From: Daphnia carinata
Taxonomy: Eukaryota
Direction of reading: 5' to 3'
DNA length: 64,000 bases
Assembly (NCBI RefSeq): GCF_022539665.2
Contig: NC_081331.1
Coordinates: 12,958,001 to 13,022,000 of the forward strand
Shown piece by piece: positions 29,849-42,168 of this stretch; position 1 is the first letter of the stretch, and each line of letters opens with the position of its first letter. The notes beneath the pieces are model-generated. The model was not told the origin of the DNA. It saw only the letters and a list, made by a program, of their open reading frames with translations, and made no database searches. Made by a program: the position numbers and the translations under genes.

Positions 29849-31058
29849 TCGTTGATCAGTGCCATAACTTCTGTCCCGCCCATTCCCATATTCCACTTCA
29901 GATGATTGACGAAGCTCCTTCGACTGAAAGCTCCTCTAGTATGCTGTGCTTCTAACTGTGCGTGTGTGTTCTGACTGCTAGATTAATTGCTGACATTCCC
30001 GGAGCTTTAATCGCGGAAAAAGATTCAAGTCTTGATCGTTGTTGCGAAAAAAACCCGATCAAGTTTCATATCGCTTTTCGTGTATTTTATCTCTTGATTC
30101 TTCGAACTATTATCTACTAATCATGTCCAATCATTTTACGAGTACCAGTATTTGCAGATTTCCAGTTGATGAAGCATTCAGGTTCAGTGTGAAGGTGCCT
30201 TGATATATATATATTAATGTTGACTCGTGTGTGAGCGATGGAGATATGAACGAACAAAGAAAAATATTTCAACCACGCCATTATTTTTGTATGCCCGTGA
30301 AAGTGTTGAAGCTTTACTATCATTTGACCGTGTCCGATTTTTCCGCGCGAGCTCCGCATATGCCGAGCGCCATATAGATTACTGAAGGAGAGCATGCTTT
30401 CTCGTATAGATCACTGCTGAATCGCATGATCTTGCGCGTTTGGTGTGATTCTCAAGAAGGCCAAAACTGTGATATGAGCTTCATTTATGAAATAATACCC
30501 TTTCATCCTCGAATTCAAGGTTGGCTTTTTGGTCGCAAGTTCAAAGTGCCACTGTGTATTTATCAATTCATCCTGTTGGATTTTCTTTCTCAAATACTAG
30601 TTTGTCTATTTTCCCTTTAAACCTAAAAATTCGCATATAATTATTTGTATATGTACGTGTAACTGATTTGGGATACAAATTTTTGAATCCGAGATTTATT
30701 TCACTTCTTTATTCTAGTGCTCTTTAACAAAACATTGCTAACTTCTTTTTCGATTTTGATGGAAAACAACAACAAAAAACAGTTGCAGTACGCAGTCAAC
30801 CCGTAAGCACACATTGCCAAAGGATTTACAGCCCTATGAGGAAAGAAATTTGAATCAAACTAAGTAACATTCGGTTTATGACAGTTTTCGGTTTTCGTTT
30901 TCGGTTTTTCTGAGATTTAAACAACTAACGTCTTCATGAAGTTCCGGTTGTCCAAATTTTTTAAGTAAAAACTCTATGCAATGATGTGACGGGCCAAAGG
31001 TTCCCGCAGGGTGATACAACACGACTTCGGGTTGTGAGCACTACGGTTGTCTATGTCT

Positions 31059-32792
31059 AAAAAGTTTAATGTGTCACTAGCGCTGTAGCGTACTGGCGCG
31101 CTAGTATGGTTTCGATTCGCACTTAATTTTATATTTTAGATTGTTCAAAAACTATAGACTACATAAAAACAACTTCCATATTCGTGTTCCTTGGTTAATT
31201 TTGAATTAGAATGATACATAGTTATCTAGATTTAATGATATTATTTTTTAATAGGACAAAATTTTAATCCCGAGAAAATAAACCCGGCCTTGTGTTTTTT
31301 TTGTTTAATTCAAAAATTATAAGACCAATTAAAAAATAAACTTTATATTCGTGATTAGCATTGCATTCTGCATTGAAATCATGTATTTTAAGCCAAATTT
31401 GAAATTTGGCCAAAAACGAAAAAGTAAGAAGGCTATAGCCTTCTCATTTTTTCAATTTTCGTCAAATTCTAGATTTGGTTAAAAATACATTATTTTGATT
31501 CGAAATTGATCGCTGGTCACGAAAATCGGGTATATTTTCATATTGGGCTTATCGATTCTGAATTAACCGTAAAAGATTAAAAGTCGGGCTTATTTTGTTG
31601 AGCTTATTTTGTCGTGCTTAAAATTTTGTCCTATTAAAAAATAATATCATTAAATCTAGATAACTATATATGATTCTGATTCTTAATTTAACAAGGAACA
31701 CGACAATGAAATTTGTTTTTACGTAGAGTTTATAGTTTTTGAATAATCAAAGAAGTTTAACGTGTCATGCTGGCGCTGTAGCGTACTGGCGCGCTAGTAT
31801 GGTTTCGATTCGCACCTAATTTTATATTTTAGATTGTTCAAAAACTATAGTCTACATAAAAACAACTTCCATATTCGTGTTCCTTGGTTAATTTTGAATT
31901 AGAATGATACATAGTTATCTAGATTTAATGATATTATTTTTTAATAGGACAAAATTTTAATCCCGAGAAAATAAACCCGGCCTTGTGTTTTTTTTGTTTA
32001 ATTCAAAAACTATAAGACCAATTAAAAAATAAACTTTATATTCGTGATTAGCATTGCATTCTGCATTGAAATCATGTATTTTAAGCCAAATTTGAAATTT
32101 GGCCAAAAATGAAAAAGTAAGAAGGCTATAGCCTTCTCATTTTTTCAATTTTCGTCAAATTCTAGATTTGGTTAAAAATATATTATTTTGATTCGAAATT
32201 GATCGCTGGTCACGAAAATCGGGTATATTTTCATATTAGGCTTATCGATTTTGAATTAACCGTAAAAAACTAAAAGTCGGGATTATTTTGTTGGGCTTAT
32301 TTTGTCGGGCTTATTTTGTCGGGCTTAAAATTTTGTCCTATTAAAAAATAATATCATTAAATCTAGATAACTATATATGATTCTGATTCGTAATTTAACA
32401 AGGAACACGACAATGAAATTTGTTTTTACGTAGAGTTTATAGTTTTTGAATAATCAAAGAAGTTTAACGTGTCATGCTGGCGCTGTAGCGTACTGGCGCG
32501 CTAGTATGGTTTCGATTCGCACCTAATTTTATATTTTAGATTGTTCAAAAACTTTAGACTACATAAAAACAACTTCCATATTCGTGTTCCTTGGTTAATT
32601 TTGAATTAGAATGATACATAGTTATCTAGATTTAATGATATTATTTTTTAATAGGACAAAATTTTAATCCCGAGAAATAAACCCGGCCTTGTGTTTTTTT
32701 TGTTTAATTAAAAAACTATAAGACCAATTAAAAAATAAACTTTATATTCGTGATTAAAAAAACGATAACAAATGCTAGCACGCTAGTATGGT
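31059..32792. repeat. Tandem array (about 2.4 copies, 693 and 707 bp periods) of an AT-rich unit that is itself a long imperfect palindrome; satellite or non-autonomous transposon-derived
   Basis: The anchor GCGCTGTAGCGTACTGGCGCGCTAGTATGGTTTCGATTCGCAC occurs at 31080, 31773 and 32480, and the copies are near-identical. The central palindrome AGAAGGCTATAGCCTTCT is at 31427-31444. A perfect 50 bp inverted repeat pairs 31218-31267 with 31618-31667. The third copy is truncated at about 32756. Confidence 0.95.
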
Positions 32793-34156
32793 ACATCGCA
32801 GCCGTGCTATAGCACAATACTGAACGGCTCCCGATGTTCGTGATTCCTCTCAGATCAGGATTTCACCAAGCTACTGACAAGAATTTTGAATGATTTTTCG
32901 TAACAATGTGATTTTAGTATTGCGTGAAGAAATTTAGGGTGAATAACGAAAAAAAAGTTACTTGAATACCAGGAATAAGCAGAGAAATTTCAATTTCTGG
33001 AAATCTCAATTCTCTTGCTAACATACCATCAATCGGCGCCGTGAGAAACCGCCTGCTGATTGCTTTCACGGACGATCTCTTGGTAAACCAAGAGGAAATA
33101 AATGATAGATTGCAGTATAAATCATCCCATTCATACCTTAGACATACAGTTTTTTACCGTCAGCAGGTATGAAACGCTATTTGACTCACATTTTTGTTTT
33201 GTGGAAAACTTCAATGACACTTCTGTAGTTAAGAAGTATACCCAGCACACCACTAGAACATACTGGCGTGACGATAAATTAACGAAAAGTAGGAATAAAC
33301 ACAAGTGTCGCAACACTGAAAAGACGAAGTTGAAGTCGGGTCGTTCAAGACAGACTCGAATTCCCTTATATCTCTTATCGAAAATGGAAAGAGCATTACC
33401 AGAGAAGGCAAGACAACAAGTTCAAGCATAACATAATGTAAACGGCTGGGCAGATGTGTATTGCCTTGTATGCAACAAACAGCACATATCCAGCTGGAAT
33501 CACCCAGCACACTGAGAGAAACTCGCGATGTTCTCGTCCCCATTTTTCTTTTCCAAAATCTTTTCCACGATAAACTGAAAAAGATGACCAATATAGAGGA
33601 GGAAACAACAAAATGGAAAAAAACAGAAAAAAAAACAGAAGGGGACTGTTTCATCGTTGGTATCGATTTTGTTTGCTGGCTTACTAAAGATTTTACCTTT
33701 TTTTTGCACAAGACAAATTTAGATTTAAAATAGAAGGGGATGAAAAGATGGGACATGATGAGGGCCTAACTGTAGCACACGGAAAAACAGAAACAAAAGG
33801 TGGCAACACTTGTTCTTCAGTACCGCTGCTTCTTTTAATCGCCTTTTTGGTTCTCAATATACAGAAGTCCTTGCCTCAAGTGCTAATAAACCGATTACGA
33901 ACATTAGAAAAAAAGCTTGTTTCCGTTTTTTTTTAAAGAGAAAAAGAAATGATCATCTGAAATGAATAAACCAGGAATGTCCCTTGTAAGAGCAGCGAGA
34001 GGGAATCCTCAAGTAGGATCAGAAGGGTTTCGCCTTCATGTTTTCTTACTCTCGATGGGAAGGGGGCAAAGAATATGAAAAGGTGGAAGTGGCGAAGGAG
34101 GCCAAGAGGCAAGGATTACTAGAGCTGAAAAATATGAATTTTGAAAATCTTGTCGT

Positions 34157-34910
<754 letters not shown>

Positions 34911-35183
34911 TTAAGAATATAATCTGAGAAGTCCAAAAAAAGTTATTAAAACACCGCGAATAAAAAATTTTCTTGATGTATTTAAAAACCAAGTTCTAAG
35001 CCGACATTGTGCAACTGTCAAACCCTGGCTTAACGCCGACTGGGTGATGTTCATTGAGAGAACCGACTCGACAGAAACAAAGGTACAATTTTCAAGAAAA
35101 GTATGTCGTGCTATAAACTAATCGTTGGCGTATCGAGAGGCTGCATTATTCGAAGCTTTATTAGTGAAGTGTAGGTTACTTAC

Positions 35184-35302
35184 GGACTCTGAATCGAACA
35201 CAACGGATTCCAACGAATGAACGAGCCCGAATTAGACTACAGGCGAGAAGCGGGTTAATATGGCGGACCAAGACCTGTATTCAACGTTACGTTGCCACGT
35301 CA
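35184..35302 (-). promoter_or_regulatory. Probable ARF1 non-coding first exon and core promoter
   Basis: Minus-strand donor GTAAGT begins at 35183 and a polypyrimidine-CAG acceptor ends at 34924. There is an Inr-like TCATTCG at 35220-35214, a YY1-like AATATGGCGG at 35257-35266 and TGACGTGGC (minus strand) at 35302-35294. Confidence 0.55.
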
Positions 35303-37011
35303 AAAAGGAAGCAGAATGCTATGCTAGTAGGCTGCATGTATCATGTGCGTATAGATCTTTTGCTCGCCCACACCTTTCGGTCTTGTCTTGTGCGCACCCT
35401 GCGGTAAAAGGGAAAACTATTGTCAGGGGATGCTGCATGCAACCCTATTTTTAACAATTTGCAAATTTTATACATTAATATTTTGCAGAGGGATAGCAAT
35501 TATTAATCTGGTAGAAGTGCAATTATCTAATTTTTGCACAGATATGCAAATAAAAGTGATGAATGTCTATGTATGAAGGGTTCCGGGGTTCCGCCGATAG
35601 TTTATAGCTTTATACGCTAGAGGCGTAGCTAGAGCAAGCACTTTTTTAGACTTGAAATTTTGGGCCGCAATGTATCAGCTAGCATGACGTTCAAGTCACG
35701 TGACTTTTCGGTTTGATTATCCCACATTTGACGAATTTGTCGTTTTAAAGTTTTGCTACCAGGTACAGGCGTCTTATGCGTAGAAGGATTTCATATTCTA
35801 GGGAAAAAAATCTAAGTTACGTTGAATACCTAACTGTGATTCAGAGAATCGTAGAACACATTTCAGTTACATAGTAATTTAAAACTACAGAGTGTGGCTT
35901 CCGCATGGAACGAAAGAAAACTTCAAACTTCAATGACAAACCGGTGTTGGCAAACAGAAAAGTTTATGTTTTTTTCACGCTAGCAGATGTTCGTCAGTAC
36001 TAAGTAGTGTATTTTAAACAGATATCGACCATAGAATTCACAAAATAAACTTGTACTCTTAAAATAAAGTAATATGTTTCCCAAGGAAAGGTTCTTCTTA
36101 ACATGACCAATGAAGCAAGCAGATCACTTGTTATCCTATATTTGCGTTCACTCTGCTTTCATTCTGCGACTGGATATTTTACTTAAATTCTTTGGCCCCT
36201 TTCTCCTTCGACTATTTTTTTTGCATGGACCTTTACCAATGATTTTCACCTCTAAGAAGGTTTTGAAGACATTAGTTTTTCAATTAATCGCAATATTAGG
36301 GAAAAATACGTTTTTTAGGTTGTAGTTTGTTTTTGCAGGCAACCATTGCGGAATTGAGGTAGGTGAGTCCATCGTTGCCGCATACATTTTTCGCGGTTGA
36401 AGAAAAATTGCATTGAGGAATCTCGGGACGAAGACAGCGTCCCCTATAAGCTATTCGGGTCACTATGATAACACAAACAAATTCACATGAGGAAAAACTC
36501 GATTAAAGATTTGATTAAAACAATACTATTAGCACGATTGGCCTTATTATAGCACTGCAGGGCCTTCATGTTGGCATAAGATACGCCGTTTGTTCCACAG
36601 AGTTGTTTGCCATTTTTTGGAATTTGACAACTTGTTGTAGTCCCCACTAACATAACTATACAACAAAATTAGAATACATTATTTCTTGACTGACTTTTTT
36701 TTTACCAAGCAGCAGCGTCGTGCAACGCATCTTCTCTCGGGAAACTTGTTACGCACTTTGCGACCAAAAACAAGAAATCGAAGCCGGATCCTTGACCTCT
36801 GGTGTCAATATTGGAGCTTAACTTGATAGGAACAACTAGTTAAGCGATCACGCGCTAACGAAAGAATCATTCTCGGTTACGAAAATGGTTTTATTTATTC
36901 GATTGGAAATGAAAAGAACAGAAGCAGGGTGATAATTTGAGGACACATTGGAAATTAAAAGACACTTTGTCTAGAAAACTTGAAAGTTTCCTTTTGATGC
37001 ATCGAGGTTCT

Positions 37012-37652
37012 TTAATTGCCACCAGTTTGTTCTTGGTAAACCTCAATGACGTCATCATTCTCCATTTCCAACTACAACATTAATGTAAGTTGTAGTAATT
37101 TGCATGTGATGCAAATTTTTATAACATGTGACAAACACAACATACCTGTTTAGGTGTTTCATCATCGTTAATTCGTCTTCCATCAAACAAGAATCTCAAA
37201 GAAGTCACAGGTACTCCCTATAAACCACAAACCAAAAATGCAGGAGAGAATATGGTTAGGTTCGAATAAAGATAATACCACTCTTTCACTGTAGGACTTT
37301 TTGAGTTTGCCCATTTGTGTCGTCATCTTTACTCGAAAATGAATTTCATTTGAATCCTGGCCCACAACTTTCAATTTGATGTATTCAGATCCAGCATCAC
37401 CTGCATCAGGTTTCTGATCCTACACAATCAAACGAGGAACAAATTACGAAAGGGCGAATCACCAGCAGACATGGAGAAATGCAATTTGTAAACCAAAAAA
37501 TAAATGAGACATTACAAATAGAACTAATAATATGAAGATTTATCACAAAATCAACATATTAAAATATAAGGGAAGAGAACAGAAAAAAATAAAACGTCAA
37601 ATTTCAGGTATAATTTAAACTACTTGTGTAGATGTATTCTTACATCGGCCAT
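37012..37652 (-). CDS. SUMO: Small ubiquitin-related modifier (SUMO), 93 aa precursor
   Basis: Exons 37652-37644 (ATG GCC GAT then gtaag), 37419-37279, 37217-37146, 37071-37012. Protein: [93 protein letters not shown]. The EQTGG end and IHFRVKMTT motif are SUMO1-like. Confidence 0.95.
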
Positions 37653-39075
37653 GGTTAAAACACGTTCTTTTGCTAAAAGCACGTTTGAGACAACGACGGA
37701 ACAGGATGAAATGGCGTGGGCTAAAAAAAAAAAGAAAAATGTTGCCAGATCGCCGTATCAAATATTCGTACATAAACCCGTTTACCCCTGTCTCCGTGTG
37801 CCCCGTGTGCTGCTTCACCACTCACGTTCCCAATTTAACTCTGATTCAAAGTAATGAACTAAAAACGGGGTAAAATAATAAAAGACTATCATGTTATTAT
37901 CCCCCACTGACTCTTAATTCATTTACTGGATAGTTAAGCAGCCAAATAACCGTCTAAGTTAATACATTTGTTTTAATATTTTAACCTGGAGGACAACTCA
38001 TTTGAGTTAACATGGGATCCAGTTTGGAGTGCTCGCAGCTAAATGTTTGTTGTTTAAACAGCAAGCGCAATTAACTGATCATGAATATGAATGGCAGCTT
38101 TCGTCATCTGAATACATTTACTCTCCGATATTATTTTAATTCTTCTTGACGACTTCGCTTATCCAGCGTATAAACTTACCACCAGCTACACCACTTCTCC
38201 ATGGACTAAATGCGTTTGAGATAACAGCTGCCCCTTGCACACACTTTTTAGTTCCTCAGACAATCACTTGACTAATTTGAATATAACTTTAATTCACATT
38301 ATCTGTTTCATTGTATAGAATGTATAGTAACCGGTTTCTCCTAGAAAAAAGGCTTCATGCTAAGGTATTTGAAATTCCAGAATCACACGATGCATAATAA
38401 GCAGTAATGTTTTCCGGATATTTGCTTGCAGTGCTTCTTTTCTTGTGCTCGACGCTACGTTCACGGTCAGCAGCGTTCGATTCCCTCTCCTATCTGCGAC
38501 TGAACAATCGTAAACAAAATTAGCAATAGAATAATGGAAGAAAAACCCGTGGACGCTCATTCAAATGAATGAGAGTACATTCAGGGTGCAATATATTACT
38601 GTGAAAAACAGAAACCCAATGTACAAATGTGTATCTAATGTATTTTTTGTTTTGGCAACGAGTGTACATTTCACATTTGATTGGGGATAGAAAAGGCAGA
38701 CTGGGCTACGTATCCAGCCGACAAGCACAGCAGGAACAACTTAATTATGCGTTAAAAGGTGTAATATTCGATAATCCGTCATTTGCTTAGGGAAATGGAT
38801 GTGGACTGCATTTCTGTGATTGTTTGAATGACAGGAATTAAAAAAAAAAAAGGGGTGGTAATTTTATTCGGTGGCGTACGATGAGAATCACTCTTTGCTA
38901 TCAGAGTGGCTAACTCTACCAATATGCACTGTATTGATTGTATGTGTTTGTTTCGAAATGTAAGTTATAACTACATCAAAATAAAACTAAAATTAAATCT
39001 ATAGCAATTCTACTGATTCCGATTTTGTCATGAAGATCGATACTATCGTCTATGATTCAGTCAAGACTTCAAACA

Positions 39076-42000
39076 TTAATTCTCGTCACTGTCGTTATTA
39101 ATATTCTCTTTACGTGTGATAACGGTTACGTCTTCTGGGTTGGGTGCACCACTAGACACGTCATATGGAGGTGAAGAAGCTTTACCGCCCGCTAAATTCG
39201 ACTGTTGACCTGTGACTGCAAGTCCTGAACGAAGGGACTCAAGAGCTTCGCCCAGTCCACCTCTAACTTGATTGAATTCCTGGACAACAAGTGACAAGCG
39301 GCCCAGCAGGTAGTTCAAATGATCGTCAACTTCATTGACTCGTTCAGTCACCTGAAAAATGGCAATAATCAATCATTCACAATGTAACCATTGACATCTT
39401 CATACCTGTCCCACTCGTTTGTCCATGCTGCTCAGAGCTTGAAGGCTGCCACCAACATGTTGGGCGGTCTGTTGTTCGACGCGCTGTAACAATTCTTGCG
39501 ATTGACTGGCACTTTGGTACAACACACCAATCTGACGCCATACCTAGATGTATGGAACAATCATTCCACAATTAGGGCAGAGTTCCAATTGATTCATAAA
39601 ACACGTACCTGTCCCAGTTCGCTTTCTAACTTGCTGGTCATATTTGTAAGTGCGGTGCTTTGATTGGCGATGACGGAGAAAGTGACGTCGTCAACCTTAC
39701 GGGCCAGAGTCGAATTTAGGTCGCCTGTCTGTCGGCGGATTGAATCGCCCAGTTCGAGCAAGATTTGTTGGACAGCAAACTCGAGACGTCGCTTTGTGTC
39801 TAGAACACCATCAGCCGTATCTAAAAGTACTTGTTCAACTTTCTGTAGACCGTTGATCTCTTTAGCAAGGCCAGCGTAACTCTTGTCTACTCTATCGGCC
39901 AACGTTTCAGCCATATTTCCTGATTCTTCCACCTAAAAGAACCAAAGTTAACAGCCGAATTCTAAACGTAATCTCTGCATAATTTAGTAGATAATGTACT
40001 TGATCTTGGATGAGTTTCTGACTTTCGCTCATTTTGTTTTCAAACGTGGCGAGACGAGTTTCGAAGACATCAGTGACGTTCACCACACTCTTGTCAATCC
40101 CGCGTGACAGCGATTCCCAGCCTTCTCTGAAGCTCTCATCTAATTTAATCTGTGAATGGTGTGTTTCATTGACTAAAGAATGGACAGCATCGAGAGTTGG
40201 CTTTAGATGAATCTGAATAGCGGAAACAAGTGATTCAGAATTGATGTTGGATCCGGAAGCCGAGCTAACTGCATTCTCCAAAGATGTTTCCAGTTTCTCT
40301 ATGCCAACTAAGATGGCTGAAGTGTCATTTTTCATCCGGCTAGCCTGGAAATGTGAAACTTTCATTAAAGCCTGTTCATTACGTCAAGCGAAAATGTTAT
40401 AAGCTTCACGTGATCTGAGATGCGGTTGACACCGACACCGAATTGGTTAACCAAATTCTGGGCATCGCTGAAAAACTGTCGCCATTTGCCTTCCGTCGCT
40501 ACGAGATTGACGGAAGCTGCCCGCAGTTTCTCGGCATCTCCAGCTTGAGCTTTGCCCAAGTTCTCCATGGTCGTCAATTGCAAACTTTCAAGTCTCTCGC
40601 TACGCGTTTCATATTTCTCTCCGACAATTTTCACCTTGATGAATAAAAATGAATATCATTTGACAATGTTACAGGCCACCGGCGTGAAACAAAACTTACT
40701 TCATTAGCTACGACAGACAGACGATTCTGCAAGGCTTCTTCAACACTTTCGACTTTTTTACGCGTCCGGGTCAGCTGTTTCAAGACTTCGTTTATTTCTC
40801 CAACTGAATGGGTTGGTGGAGCTGGACCACTGCTAGCAGGGCTGCTCGTTCTACCCGATTCAATTGCATTGCGGATAGCCACAGTGTTGTCCGTAATCTT
40901 CTGCAGTTGAATCCTCTCTCTCTCGTCCCTCTGATAGAAACAGATAATTAATTTCTCCATGACATTTCATTTCCCACATTTTACCTGGATAACCATCTCT
41001 TCCATTTTGCGGAGCCTTTCATCGGTACGAGACATCAAGATCGCCAGATTTTCCAGATTTTTATCCTGGCCTCGTGTTTTTGTATCAAGTTCTCGGAGAG
41101 CGCGTGTCAGGGCATCTCCTAGCTGTCTCTCACGCAACTCGTGACGTTCGAGTTTGCCGGTTTGTTCTCTGACCGCACCGACAAGCGTCAAAATTGCGTC
41201 CCTTATGTCGGCATGTCTAAAAATAGGAAGCGTAATTGAATTTGATTGGCACAAATTAATATGAAAATTGTCTATTCAAAAGCTTGCGGCTTAAAATGTG
41301 TCATTCAATTGGAATCGAGGTCAGAGCAGCAGCCTTTCCAGGAAACTGAAAGATCGCTGGACAACGAATTTTAATTCACTTGGAAACAAAGATGACCGAA
41401 GCAAAATCATCAGTTTGAAATCGAAAGGGAAACGGCGACCTCTGTCACATTGCCAGACTTTGTCGTATCGCCGGCAACTAGTTTCCCACAACAGGAAATG
41501 GGCGTTGTTTCTTTTGTTTGGCTCCTAATCCCCGTGTTTAAACCGAGAAATCAAATATTTCTTCGATGAGCCTCCGTTATCTCTTAAGTCTTTGAAATTC
41601 AGACACCCCCCACTGGCCTGCTCTCGTGTGTACTTCACTACGGGTTAGAATTTCTTCTTCATGTGCCTTGACAAGTAAATGGCATATTTTTGTTTTTGTT
41701 ATTTTAGCACACATGTGTTCAGCAGACGTTTCGACAACTATTATTTCTATGGTAGCAGGGAGCCCGCAAAAAAAGAAAGAGGGCAAGGTTGTTTTTGAGC
41801 AACTAGATAGACCCCATGAGGCGGGTTTGAGGTAATTCGATACGACAGTGTGTACGTCTTTAAGCGCAAAAAAGGAGTATATTTGAAGAAACTTGCAGAT
41901 CCCCCCTTGGTTGACGGGAAGTTCAATTCTAAAAAGCTATCAGACATCGATTTATACAAGCCGATCACATTACACCACAGAGTAGCTCCTTGGCCAATGA

Positions 42001-42168
42001 ACAGTACGAAAATATGTTTTCACAAGCGTAAATAAATCAGTAAAATAAAATTTGCGTGACTTACGTAATTAAAGATGCCGCAGAAGCCGCTGTCTGAGGA
42101 GCTTGGGTGGCTACCGGATGAAACAGCATGACGGCCGCCGCCGCGATCAAAAGACAAAACGTTTTCAT
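39076..42168 (-). CDS. Uncharacterised secreted, long coiled-coil protein (~624 aa)
   Basis: Exons 42168-42065, 41216-40985, 40930-40700, 40634-40410, 40344-40000, 39932-39609, 39543-39406, 39351-39076 total 1875 nt with no stop. The N-terminus looks like a signal peptide (MKTFCLLIAAAAVMLFHPVATQ) and the body is heptad-rich and helical (KLERHELRERQLGDAL..., VWRQIGVLYQ, LNYLLGRLSLVVQEFNQV). The donor at 40409 (GTGAAG) is weak. Confidence 0.85.

Noticed and set aside
29849..29955. Stop-codon readthrough or an extra terminal exon of TMTC3 (CAG|ATGATTGACGAAG...)
   Set aside because: There is no UGA-CUAG readthrough context, no convincing upstream donor and no recognisable peptide.
31059..32792. 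CRISPR array interpretation of the repeated GC-rich motif
   Set aside because: The intervening ~650 bp segments are near-identical rather than unique spacers, the context is eukaryotic, and there are no cas genes.
33102..33936. ORFs downstream of ARF1
   Set aside because: Low-complexity sequence best explained as a long ARF1 3' UTR or intergenic DNA.
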